Positions 45,635-54,899 of a stretch of DNA of 64,000 nucleotides are shown in pieces (the stretch's first letter is position 1; each line of letters opens with the position of its first letter). A model generated the notes under the pieces. The model was not told the DNA's origin. It ran no database searches and saw only the letters and a program-made list of their open reading frames with translations. The position numbers were made by a program, and so were the translations under genes. The DNA is from Candidatus Heimdallarchaeota archaeon (GTDB lineage: Archaea > Asgardarchaeota > Heimdallarchaeia > JABLTI01): assembly GCA_018238155.1 (NCBI GenBank), contig JABCTZ010000009.1:1-64000 (forward strand), given 5' to 3'.

Positions 45635-48505
45635 ATGAAAAACCCATTAAGAATTCTGCATCTTGAGGATAATCAAATCGATGCAGAATTAGTGAAAGAA
45701 ATTCTTTTATTAGAGGATTTGAGTTTCACTATTATTAGTGTTGATACTCGAGAGGATTTCGTAAAAACTATCGAAGAAAAAACCTTTGATTTAATACTCG
45801 CTGATTATAGCTTACCATCATTTGATGGACTTTCTGCTCTGAAAGAAACAAGGAAACGAGGATTGAGTGTTCCATTTATTTTAGTCTCCGCAGTTCTTGG
45901 AGAAGAACTTGCAATTGAAGCATTGCATAGTGGTGCAACAGATTACGTATTAAAGTCTCGTTTAGAGCGTTTAGTACCAGCTATTCTGCGAGCTATCCGT
46001 GAGGTTGAAGACCGAGATCAACGTATAAAACTCGAAGGCGAAATTTCCGAGCTAATTGCAATGTATGAGAAAATTGCTGAACGAGTACGTGGTTTCTTGA
46101 AAATGAATTTACCTTCAGGTAAATATTCAATGGTGGATAAATATCTTGAAGAATTAAGTGGATATTCTACTAGGGAATGGAATGCTACTCCGAATTTCAT
46201 TGAAACATTTATTCATCCCGATTATCAAGCGATCTATCAAGATAGTTTCACTAAAATGAAAGAAGGCATAGTTCCTCGAATGATCGAATATAAAATAATT
46301 AAAAAAGACGGAGAAGAACGTTGGTGGCTTCAATTTGCAATTGGGGCCTACGACATTGATCAGAAGTTAATATCGGTATCTATAGTTATAATTGATAATA
46401 CAGACAATAAAGAATCCTTTTTGAAATATCAGAATTTGTTTGAGAACGCTTTAGTTGGTATGTTTAGAAGTGATGTAAAAACCGGCAAAATAATAGAAGC
46501 AAATGAAAACATGGCGATGATTTTTGGAGTTAATTCACTCGAGGAATATAAGCTTCTTAATGCAAAGGATTTCTATTATACAGAGGAAGAGCGAAAAAAA
46601 GCTATTGATTTAATGAATAAGCAAGGATATATCAATAATCATCACCTCAGGTTGAAAAGAAATGATGGATCGTCTATTTGGATAAGTATGTCCGCAAAAA
46701 TCTATGCTAAAGGAGGTTATATTGAGGGTGTTATGGTTGATATCTCCAGTCAGAAAAAGGCAGAAGCAGAATTGAAACGAGATAGACGTGCGTTTCAGAT
46801 AATTGCTGAAGCAGCAGTAGATTCTATTGGCATACCAGAAATGTGCAATCAAATCTTAAGTGGGTTGATAGAAACATTAGATTTTGAATTTGGCACAGTT
46901 CGACTTTTTAGAAAAGAAAAGAGAATTCTTGAGTTAGTAGCACATGTAGGATTTGATGATAATGAGAAACTTCAATCGTCATCTATTTCCATTGATGATT
47001 ACACGTATATCACTGCAGATGTTGCTCGCCATAAACGTCCATTATTTGCTCCGGATATGGCTAAGAGTGAATATGAGAGATTAAGAACAACACCATTTAG
47101 GATAGATAATATTCAAGCTTTTATTTCATGGCCAATTTTGAGTTCAAAGCAAGAGTTGATCGGTACCCTTCAATTGATTGCTCACGAAGCCAAAAATTTT
47201 TCCGTAGAAGATAGGACCTTCTTTGAAAATATTGTGGGCATGTTTGCCTCTTCATTGGAACGTAAGCTTTCTGATGAAGCGCTTTTGGAATCGGAACATG
47301 CTAAACGTATTCTTGCTAACATCGTTGAAAGCAGTAAAGAAGTAGTTATTCAAGGCGATGAGAATGGAACCATAATCTTTGCTAGTTCTCCTGTCAAAGA
47401 AGTATTCGGTTACACACCAAAGGAATTAATTGGTGAACATTTCTCGAAGTTAGCTCCTCAAGGTGGAGAAGAGAAACAAAAAAGAATGTTTGACACAATA
47501 AAGAAATCAGGTAGTTTGACTTTTGAAAGCGTCCGAAAACATAAGGACGGGACATTGATACCTGTTATTATGACTGTGACTCCTGAAAAAGATGAAAAAA
47601 CAGGCAAATTCATTTCTAATGCAGTTATTGTTGATATCTCAGAAGTAAAACGTTTAGAAGCTTCATTGCGAGATAGATCTTATGAGTTAGAAGTTCTCAA
47701 TAAAATTATTTCAGCTGGATACTTGGCAAGAAGTTTAAATGAATTGTTAGACTTTACTTTGAACGCTATCCTAAATTCGTTAGATTTCCATGGTGGTGCT
47801 ATTTATTTCATTGATGAAGCCGGTGATACAGCTACAATCAGAAGATCATTAGGTATGTCAACATCGTACGTAAAAATGGCTGAAAAAATAAAAATCAATA
47901 GCCCTGCAATAAAAAAGCTATTTAAGGGTGGGAAATCAGTTCTTGTGTCTGATTATTTAGAGAAAAGCAAGGACCACATGGGTTTTGGTATTGCAACTTT
48001 AATTGCGGTTCCTTTCTTCTCAAAACAGAAAGTAATTGGCGGGTTATTTTTAAGTACAAAAGAGAAACGAACTATTTCAAAAAATGATTTAGCTACGCTT
48101 GAAGCTATTGGGAGAGAAGTTGGTACTTCTTTTGCTAAAATGATTGTGGAGGAAGAATACAAAAATTCGGAAGAAAACCTCTTATCCGCATTAACTTCTG
48201 TTGGAGATTTAGTTTTAATCATTGATGTTGAGACAGGTACAATCTTACGGGTAAATAAAAAATTACTGCAAAAACTATCTTATACGATTAAGGTTTTGCA
48301 AAAAATGACTATTCAGGAACTAATACCTGATAATAAATTATTAGAATTTAATGATGTCATTGCGAAAACTCTCAAATCCGGCAAAGAGAAATATCAACTA
48401 GTAATGAAAACTAAAACTCAGAAAATTATTGAACTTGAAATGTTTCTATACAAAACAAAATTCACAAGCAAAGAGGCAATTTTATTCTTAGCTTCAAAGA
48501 ACTAG
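45635..48505 (+). CDS. REC-PAS-PAS-GAF-PAS-GAF-PAS signalling protein with no output domain
   Basis: LHLEDN...ILADY...DYVLKS receiver; IHPD...ERWW PAS/PAC; two GAF segments; ends after a PAS domain. Confidence 0.88.
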   Translation: MKNPLRILHLEDNQIDAELVKEILLLEDLSFTIISVDTREDFVKTIEEKTFDLILADYSLPSFDGLSALKETRKRGLSVPFILVSAVLGEELAIEALHSGATDYVLKSRLERLVPAILRAIREVEDRDQRIKLEGEISELIAMYEKIAERVRGFLKMNLPSGKYSMVDKYLEELSGYSTREWNATPNFIETFIHPDYQAIYQDSFTKMKEGIVPRMIEYKIIKKDGEERWWLQFAIGAYDIDQKLISVSIVIIDNTDNKESFLKYQNLFENALVGMFRSDVKTGKIIEANENMAMIFGVNSLEEYKLLNAKDFYYTEEERKKAIDLMNKQGYINNHHLRLKRNDGSSIWISMSAKIYAKGGYIEGVMVDISSQKKAEAELKRDRRAFQIIAEAAVDSIGIPEMCNQILSGLIETLDFEFGTVRLFRKEKRILELVAHVGFDDNEKLQSSSISIDDYTYITADVARHKRPLFAPDMAKSEYERLRTTPFRIDNIQAFISWPILSSKQELIGTLQLIAHEAKNFSVEDRTFFENIVGMFASSLERKLSDEALLESEHAKRILANIVESSKEVVIQGDENGTIIFASSPVKEVFGYTPKELIGEHFSKLAPQGGEEKQKRMFDTIKKSGSLTFESVRKHKDGTLIPVIMTVTPEKDEKTGKFISNAVIVDISEVKRLEASLRDRSYELEVLNKIISAGYLARSLNELLDFTLNAILNSLDFHGGAIYFIDEAGDTATIRRSLGMSTSYVKMAEKIKINSPAIKKLFKGGKSVLVSDYLEKSKDHMGFGIATLIAVPFFSKQKVIGGLFLSTKEKRTISKNDLATLEAIGREVGTSFAKMIVEEEYKNSEENLLSALTSVGDLVLIIDVETGTILRVNKKLLQKLSYTIKVLQKMTIQELIPDNKLLEFNDVIAKTLKSGKEKYQLVMKTKTQKIIELEMFLYKTKFTSKEAILFLASKN

Positions 48506-48613
48506 AGCTAATTCTGGCTTTCATCAAACAAAATAAAGATAAACAATTAATTAGATAGTACTTTTAGGTTTACTTTAATAGGTTAATCTTTAGATAAAGC
48601 TAGCAGATAAAAA

Positions 48614-51600
48614 GTGAAATCACTTATGTCACATCCATTAAAATTTCTTCATTTAGAAGATAATAAAAATGATGCGGAATTAGTAAAAGAAATTATATTA
48701 CTTAATGATATTAATTGTGAGATTATTCATGTTGATAATAAGGTTGATTTTGAAAGTGAACTTGTAAAAGGTGATTATAATATAATTTTAGCTGATTATA
48801 ATTTGCCATCATTTGATGGATTAACCGCTTTGAAATTAGCAAATGAGAAGAACCCAGACGTGCCTTTTATTTTCATTTCTGGCGTGCTCGGGGAAGAATT
48901 AGCCATTGAGACTTTGAAAAGAGGTGCGACAGATTATGTATTAAAGTCTCGTTTAGAGCGACTCGCTCCTGCAATTATGCGTGCTTTGCGTGAAAAAGAA
49001 GAACATGCTCAACGCATCAGACTCGAACGTGAAATCGTTGAACTTGAACAAATGAGAGATGAACTCCAGAGTATTTATCAACAATTAACTCGAAGGGTTC
49101 GAGGATTTATAAAAATTGATTTACCTTCTGGCAAATATTCTCTTGTGGATAAATTTCTTGAAGATTTGAGTGGATATGAAATTAAAGCTTGGAAAGAAAA
49201 ACCACAATTCATCAAAGAAATCGTTCATCCAGAATTTTCAAGCTATTACAATCAGCAAATTGATCAACTGAAGAACGAAATTGTTCCCAAAATGCTTGAG
49301 TATAAAATAATCAAAAAAGGTGGAGAAGAGCGTTGGTGGCTGCAATTTAATATAGGTGCATTTGATGTCGATGGAAAACTGATGTCTGTTTCTGCTGTTA
49401 TCGTTGATAACACAGACGATAAAGAAGCATACATCAAATTTCAGAATATTTTTGAGAATGCATTGATGGGAATGTATAGAACAGATATTAATACCGGAGA
49501 AATTATTGAAGCTAATAATAAATTAGCACTGATTTTTGGTTTTGATTCTGTAGATGAGTTTAAAAAATTCAATGCTTTTGATTTCTTTCAGAATAAAGAA
49601 GAACGACTGAAACTCATGGATCAACTAAGGAAAAAAGGTTTCTATGAGGAACATCAATTAAAACTAAAACGTATTGACGGTTCAATTGCATGGGTGCGTG
49701 AATCTGCTAGAATTTATCCTAATGAAGGATATGTAGAAGGAATGATGCTTGATATTACCGAGCGAAAATTCGCTGAAGATGCAATTGTTAGAGATCGGAA
49801 AGTTTTTCAAATAATTGCTGAAGCGACAATTCATTCACATGATATTTCCATTCTCTGTCAGAAAATACTGGCTGGTTTGGTTGAAACATTTGGATTTAAT
49901 GCTGGAATTATTGAACTTTATAATCCAATTCTAAAACTGTTAGAACCAGTTGCAGTAGCTGGCGAAGAGATGGATGATGTAGAAAACCTTTCTCCAATTT
50001 CTATTGACAACCCAAATTATATTACTGCCCTTGTAGCAAGAGCTGGCAAACCGATTTTCTGTGTTGATATTACCCAAGATAGTGTTTTAAGAAAATACAA
50101 AGCTAGACCTGATGAACAAATTAGAAAAGCGAATATTACTTATCCTATCTTTGATGCAGCGAATTCACTCCTGGGAGTATTACAACTTGTTTCAAAGGAA
50201 TCTCAAGAAATACTTATTGAAGATAAGGTATTATTTGAAACAATAGCGGATATGTTTACAACTGCTTTAGAACACCAACGATCGACAAGTGCTCTTTTGG
50301 AAAGTGAAGAAAAATTCCGTACTTTTGCTGAACAATCATTATTGGGTGTAACAATGGTATCTTTGCAAGGGGAGTTTACTTTCGTTAATGAGGAGTTTGT
50401 AAGAATAACAGGATTCTCACAAAATGAATTGTTAACTATGACAATACGAGACTTAATTGCTAAAATTTTGAGCAAACAAGAAGAAAACGATTTTCAAATT
50501 GCTATTAGTAATATTGTAATAATTAAAGAACCTATAAAAACGGAATTATTTATGAAAGCAAAAGATGGAAAAGAAAAGTGGGTACAAGTCAATATTGCGC
50601 CTATGCTAAATGCTATTGGAGAATACACAAGCACGGGTGCAGTTATTTTAGATATTACAGAACAAAAAAGAGCTCAAATGACCCTAGATAGGGAAAGACA
50701 AGCATTTCATATCTTAGCTGAAGCAACTGTTCATGCAAAAGATATACCACAATTTTGTGAACGAATTTTGAATGGTTTGGTCAAGGTATTAAAATTTGAT
50801 TTTGGTACCTTCAGACTCTATAATAAAAAAGAACGAATGTTAAATCTAATTGCAGTATCTCAGATTGATAATATCAAAGATATCAAACCTTTATCTATTG
50901 ATGATGAAACCTATCTTAATACATTTGTTGCTAAATCGAAGCAAGCTGTTTTTGCTCCAGATATAAGTAAACACAAAATAGCAATGAAATTTCAGAAACG
51001 ATTGGATAAATTTAACGTAAAAGCAAATATTACTTGGCCAATAGTAAGCACAAAGGATGATTTACTAGGTACAGTTCAAATTGCTGCCTTCACTACCAAA
51101 GAATTTCCTGAAGAAGATAGAATTTTCTTTGAAACTATCATTCGATTCTTTGGAACAGCTCTTGAAAGACGATGGAACGAAGAAGCATTGATAGAGAGTC
51201 AGGCACAATATCGACGATTGGTTGATACCTCTCCTTTTGCAATAATAAACACCGATTTAGACGGGAAAATAATCAGAGTGAATCATCAAGCAATAACAAT
51301 ATTCGGTTATAACCTGGAATCAGATTTCGTTGGTTTGAACTTCTTTGATCTATTTATTGGAGGTCATAAAACAAATATAATCAATCACACTAAAGCAATA
51401 ATTAAATCAAGAATAATTAGCAACAATGAATATAAAGTTCAGAGCAAATTGAAACAAGAACTCGTTATGGATTTGAGTGCTTCTTTAATATTAGATGAAA
51501 AAGATGCTCCTGAAGCGCTTGTTTTTATTGGGCAAGACATTTCATCCAAGAAGGCAGCAGAAGATGAACAAAAGCAATTTATGGATGTAGTTGCTTCAAG

Positions 51601-51931
51601 CAATGAAGTAATTATTTCTGCTTCTCCTGATGGAAAAATTATTAGTGTAAATCATGCTATTAAGAATGTTTTTGGTTACAGTGTGAATGAAGTAATTGGT
51701 AGAAATATTTCTTTCTTAGCTCACCCCGACCAAAAAGTAGCTCAAAAGAAATATCTCAAAAAGGCAATTAAGAAAAATAGGGTCATTTTTGAATCCACTA
51801 GAATGCACAAGGAAGGACATTTAATACCCGTTATTATGAATCTCTCAGTTATTAAAAATGAGAAAGGCAAAGTAATGTCTGTTAACACTATAATAATGGA
51901 TATTTCAGACATTCAAAAAATAGAAGATTAA
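48614..51931 (+). CDS. REC-PAS-PAS-GAF-PAS-GAF-PAS-PAS signalling protein with no output domain (tandem paralogue)
   Basis: Same N-terminal architecture with near-identical GATDYVLKSRLERL and IIKK.GEERWWLQF; no HisKA/HATPase, GGDEF or HTH. Confidence 0.88.
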   Translation: MKSLMSHPLKFLHLEDNKNDAELVKEIILLNDINCEIIHVDNKVDFESELVKGDYNIILADYNLPSFDGLTALKLANEKNPDVPFIFISGVLGEELAIETLKRGATDYVLKSRLERLAPAIMRALREKEEHAQRIRLEREIVELEQMRDELQSIYQQLTRRVRGFIKIDLPSGKYSLVDKFLEDLSGYEIKAWKEKPQFIKEIVHPEFSSYYNQQIDQLKNEIVPKMLEYKIIKKGGEERWWLQFNIGAFDVDGKLMSVSAVIVDNTDDKEAYIKFQNIFENALMGMYRTDINTGEIIEANNKLALIFGFDSVDEFKKFNAFDFFQNKEERLKLMDQLRKKGFYEEHQLKLKRIDGSIAWVRESARIYPNEGYVEGMMLDITERKFAEDAIVRDRKVFQIIAEATIHSHDISILCQKILAGLVETFGFNAGIIELYNPILKLLEPVAVAGEEMDDVENLSPISIDNPNYITALVARAGKPIFCVDITQDSVLRKYKARPDEQIRKANITYPIFDAANSLLGVLQLVSKESQEILIEDKVLFETIADMFTTALEHQRSTSALLESEEKFRTFAEQSLLGVTMVSLQGEFTFVNEEFVRITGFSQNELLTMTIRDLIAKILSKQEENDFQIAISNIVIIKEPIKTELFMKAKDGKEKWVQVNIAPMLNAIGEYTSTGAVILDITEQKRAQMTLDRERQAFHILAEATVHAKDIPQFCERILNGLVKVLKFDFGTFRLYNKKERMLNLIAVSQIDNIKDIKPLSIDDETYLNTFVAKSKQAVFAPDISKHKIAMKFQKRLDKFNVKANITWPIVSTKDDLLGTVQIAAFTTKEFPEEDRIFFETIIRFFGTALERRWNEEALIESQAQYRRLVDTSPFAIINTDLDGKIIRVNHQAITIFGYNLESDFVGLNFFDLFIGGHKTNIINHTKAIIKSRIISNNEYKVQSKLKQELVMDLSASLILDEKDAPEALVFIGQDISSKKAAEDEQKQFMDVVASSNEVIISASPDGKIISVNHAIKNVFGYSVNEVIGRNISFLAHPDQKVAQKKYLKKAIKKNRVIFESTRMHKEGHLIPVIMNLSVIKNEKGKVMSVNTIIMDISDIQKIED

Positions 51932-51949
51932 TTCAAGAACAATAACAAA

Positions 51950-52837
51950 TTACGAAATGTTCACTTTTTGACAATTCTTTACTCGAGATAAAACAATTAA
52001 ACGCGGAACTGTTGCTGATAAATTTACCTCTGAACAATTAATTATTTTGAATACATTTTTCAAAAAAAGTTCTTGATCAATGTCTTTAGAAAAGGACAAT
52101 TTTTTCGCTCTGAAAAATATCACTAATCTCTCTCCTAAAATTTCAAGATCCTTTTTTGTAATGTGTAATTCTTTCTCATTGGATACAAATAGTACTTCTT
52201 TATCACCAATACCGTGGAAAACTTCCTGTAATTCTGAAAAAGGAACCAAATGAGCCAATAACCGAGAGAAATATTCTCCCGTAGTTGCTCCTTCTGCTTT
52301 CGCTTTTGAAACAAACTCATCATAAATTTTAATCGATACATTGCGTATAGTGATGTCTTTTAAATCTTCTTTCTTTTCTGGGTGTTGGTATTTTTGCCAT
52401 TTGCGAATTAGGCCCAATTTTACCAATTTTGGAATATCTCCTTTAAAAACGACGTTCGATGATTTACTTATAAGCTTAACATGTTGGACTAAAGTTAGAG
52501 CATCTACATCGGCATCAAAAGATAGATTCTTTATATTACGGAAGAGAAACATTGTTTTTTCTCCTGCTGATGTTAAATCTTTCTTCGTGATATTTAACTC
52601 ATCCAAATCACTTATCTTTTCCGGGCGAATGCCTCTTCTAGGTTTTCTACCAAATCTTCTGAAACCGTGCAACATCCAAGGTTGCCTAAGATGAATGTTT
52701 ACCAGTTCACTAAAAGCATTTCCAGCAGAAACTCCTCCTGCAGTTCGATGTTCTGAAAATCTATCATATAATTCTCGATTTACTCCTCTCAATGTAATAT
52801 CCTTTTTCTCATCTTTACTTTCATTTTCCTTGAACAT
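51950..52837 (-). CDS. Internally duplicated protein with two ribbon-helix-helix-like units; probable regulator
   Basis: DITLRGVNRELYDRF...GVSAGNAFSELV and DITIRNVSIKIYDEF...GATTGEYFSRLL, each followed by an EL.ITKKDL...LSF domain. Confidence 0.65.
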   Translation of the reverse strand: MFKENESKDEKKDITLRGVNRELYDRFSEHRTAGGVSAGNAFSELVNIHLRQPWMLHGFRRFGRKPRRGIRPEKISDLDELNITKKDLTSAGEKTMFLFRNIKNLSFDADVDALTLVQHVKLISKSSNVVFKGDIPKLVKLGLIRKWQKYQHPEKKEDLKDITIRNVSIKIYDEFVSKAKAEGATTGEYFSRLLAHLVPFSELQEVFHGIGDKEVLFVSNEKELHITKKDLEILGERLVIFFRAKKLSFSKDIDQELFLKNVFKIINCSEVNLSATVPRLIVLSRVKNCQKVNIS

Positions 52838-52895
52838 TCATTTGCCCTTCTGTGATTTTGCCAACTTGTTTCCTACTTTCTCTAAGTTATATGAG

Positions 52896-52962
52896 CTGTA
52901 TTCTTTGTGTGATATTTAAGGGTTCTGTATTCTTTAGCAAAAAAGTTAAATATGTGTGATAT
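52896..52962. promoter_or_regulatory. Divergent promoter with direct repeats (candidate operator)
   Basis: TGTGTGATAT at 52906-52915 and 52953-52962; CTGTATTCTTT at 52896 and 52925; TTAAATA TATA-like boxes on both strands. Confidence 0.5.
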
Positions 52963-53009
52963 GTATGATTGGTTAGTATTACTAGATGATAGACTATGGT
53001 GAGAAATAA

Positions 53010-54899
53010 TTGGCAATGAAAACTGCGCAAAAAACTTCAATAAGGAACGAAGAACAAAATAAAAAAATAGTACTTGCTACAGAGAAATATAAGTCCGCTG
53101 CAGGTTGGTTCTGGTCAGGATTAATACGGTATCCAGGATTAATGATAACCTCGTCATTAATTATGATTATTAATTCACTAATTGCTATTTTACCGGGAAT
53201 TTTACTGGGGGTTGGAATTGATATCCTTGGATCAATTGGATTTGGAAAAGAGTTCATTTGGATAATTCTTGCCATTATTGGTGCCGCATTATTGAATTGG
53301 CTTACTACATTTCTTAGTGCTTACTCTTGGGGAATAGCAATCTACAGGTTGGATCGAGATTTACGTCAAGAATTTTTTGATGTTGTTCAGAACCATTCGA
53401 TGGCTTTTCATGATGAACATGATTCTGGAGTTCTATTATCAATGGCCATGAATGAAATAAACCAAATACGATTTGCATTCAACCCATCAATAAGACACCT
53501 GTTCATTTCAACACTAAGCATCATATTGACTACTTCATACTTTTTCGTAAGAATAACATTTGGTAGTCAAACTATTGGTGTAGGAAACTGGCAAATTGGT
53601 CTTGGAATCACATTTGGATTTGTACTTTATTTTATCCTTGCATGGCAATATGCAACAAAGATAGGTCCTGTACGAAGAGAGTTGGCTACAGAACTAGGTA
53701 ATGTTTCTTCTGCAACACAGGAAGCTTTTAGAGGAATAGAAGTTGTTCGTTCGTTTGATAATGAGGCCTTAGAAAACGAGAAATTTGCTACAAAGAGCAA
53801 TCGTTTAGCAGATAAGACCAAAAAAGAGGGCTATCTTGCATCTTTCTATTGGCCTGCGTTAATCATGATAATTGCTACTGCAGTATCCTTTGGTTTAGGT
53901 CTATGGTTGATATCTGGGGGGAAAATGTCCTTTGGACAAATGACTTCCATGTTAATGTTATTGTTAAAATTAATAATATTAAATTTCATGATTCCAACAC
54001 GATTGTTATCTATGCAAGCAGGAATGATAAATGCAAAACGTATCTGGAAAGTAATGACTTTTGATGATCCATTGGTTGAACCAAAAGATTCAATCGAAGC
54101 AGACTGGTCAAAGAATTTGACTTTTGATGATGTATCCTTCAAATATCCCGGAACAGATAGATATGTATTGAAGAACGTTTCTTTCAAAGTTCCACCTGGT
54201 TCTCGTGTAGCATTAATAGGTGGACCTGGTTCTGGAAAGAGTACAATACTCAAACTCTTACTCAGATTATATGATCCTGATTCCGGAGCAATTTCTCTAA
54301 ATGGTTATACTTTACAAGATATGCAGACTTTTGATGTAAGAAAAGATGTTGTATTAGTTGAACAAGATATTTTTCTCTTTGGAGCTTCTATAAAAGAAAA
54401 TATTAAATTTTCTAAACCTGACGCGACAGATGAGGAAATACAAGTAGCTGCTCGCAGAGCACAGATAGCAAGTTATATTGAATCCACTCCTCAAAAATAT
54501 GAAACGATTATTGGAGAACGAGGGGTAACACTTTCTGGGGGGCAAAGGCAAAGAATTGCAATTGCTCGAGCATTACTCGCTGATCCAAAATTACTTTTGC
54601 TTGACGATTCAACCAGTGCAGTTGATATTAAAACAGAAGCAAGGTTGCGTGCTGCAATAGACGAATTAATCAAAGGTAGAACTTCAATCGTTGTGACCCA
54701 AAGATTATCTACATTGGTGGAATCAGATATGATTATTTTCTTAGATAAAGGACAAGTAATAGATATAGGAACTCATACGAAATTATTGCAGAGATGCTCC
54801 GAATATCAGTTTATGATTAGCTTGTTACCGATGGGTGATGAATTAATTAAAGCTGCGAAGAATCAAAGTGATTCTTCTGTTTCCGGAGGTGTAAACTAA
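53010..54899 (+). CDS. ABC exporter TMD-NBD subunit with degenerate catalytic residues
   Basis: Six-TM domain; GGPGSGKS, LSGGQ, LLLLDDS (E to D) and VTQR (H to Q). Confidence 0.92.
   Translation: MAMKTAQKTSIRNEEQNKKIVLATEKYKSAAGWFWSGLIRYPGLMITSSLIMIINSLIAILPGILLGVGIDILGSIGFGKEFIWIILAIIGAALLNWLTTFLSAYSWGIAIYRLDRDLRQEFFDVVQNHSMAFHDEHDSGVLLSMAMNEINQIRFAFNPSIRHLFISTLSIILTTSYFFVRITFGSQTIGVGNWQIGLGITFGFVLYFILAWQYATKIGPVRRELATELGNVSSATQEAFRGIEVVRSFDNEALENEKFATKSNRLADKTKKEGYLASFYWPALIMIIATAVSFGLGLWLISGGKMSFGQMTSMLMLLLKLIILNFMIPTRLLSMQAGMINAKRIWKVMTFDDPLVEPKDSIEADWSKNLTFDDVSFKYPGTDRYVLKNVSFKVPPGSRVALIGGPGSGKSTILKLLLRLYDPDSGAISLNGYTLQDMQTFDVRKDVVLVEQDIFLFGASIKENIKFSKPDATDEEIQVAARRAQIASYIESTPQKYETIIGERGVTLSGGQRQRIAIARALLADPKLLLLDDSTSAVDIKTEARLRAAIDELIKGRTSIVVTQRLSTLVESDMIIFLDKGQVIDIGTHTKLLQRCSEYQFMISLLPMGDELIKAAKNQSDSSVSGGVN

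Noticed and set aside
53010-54899. Degenerate Walker B/switch as a sign of pseudogenisation
   Set aside because: One degenerate site is the normal state of heterodimeric ABC exporters.
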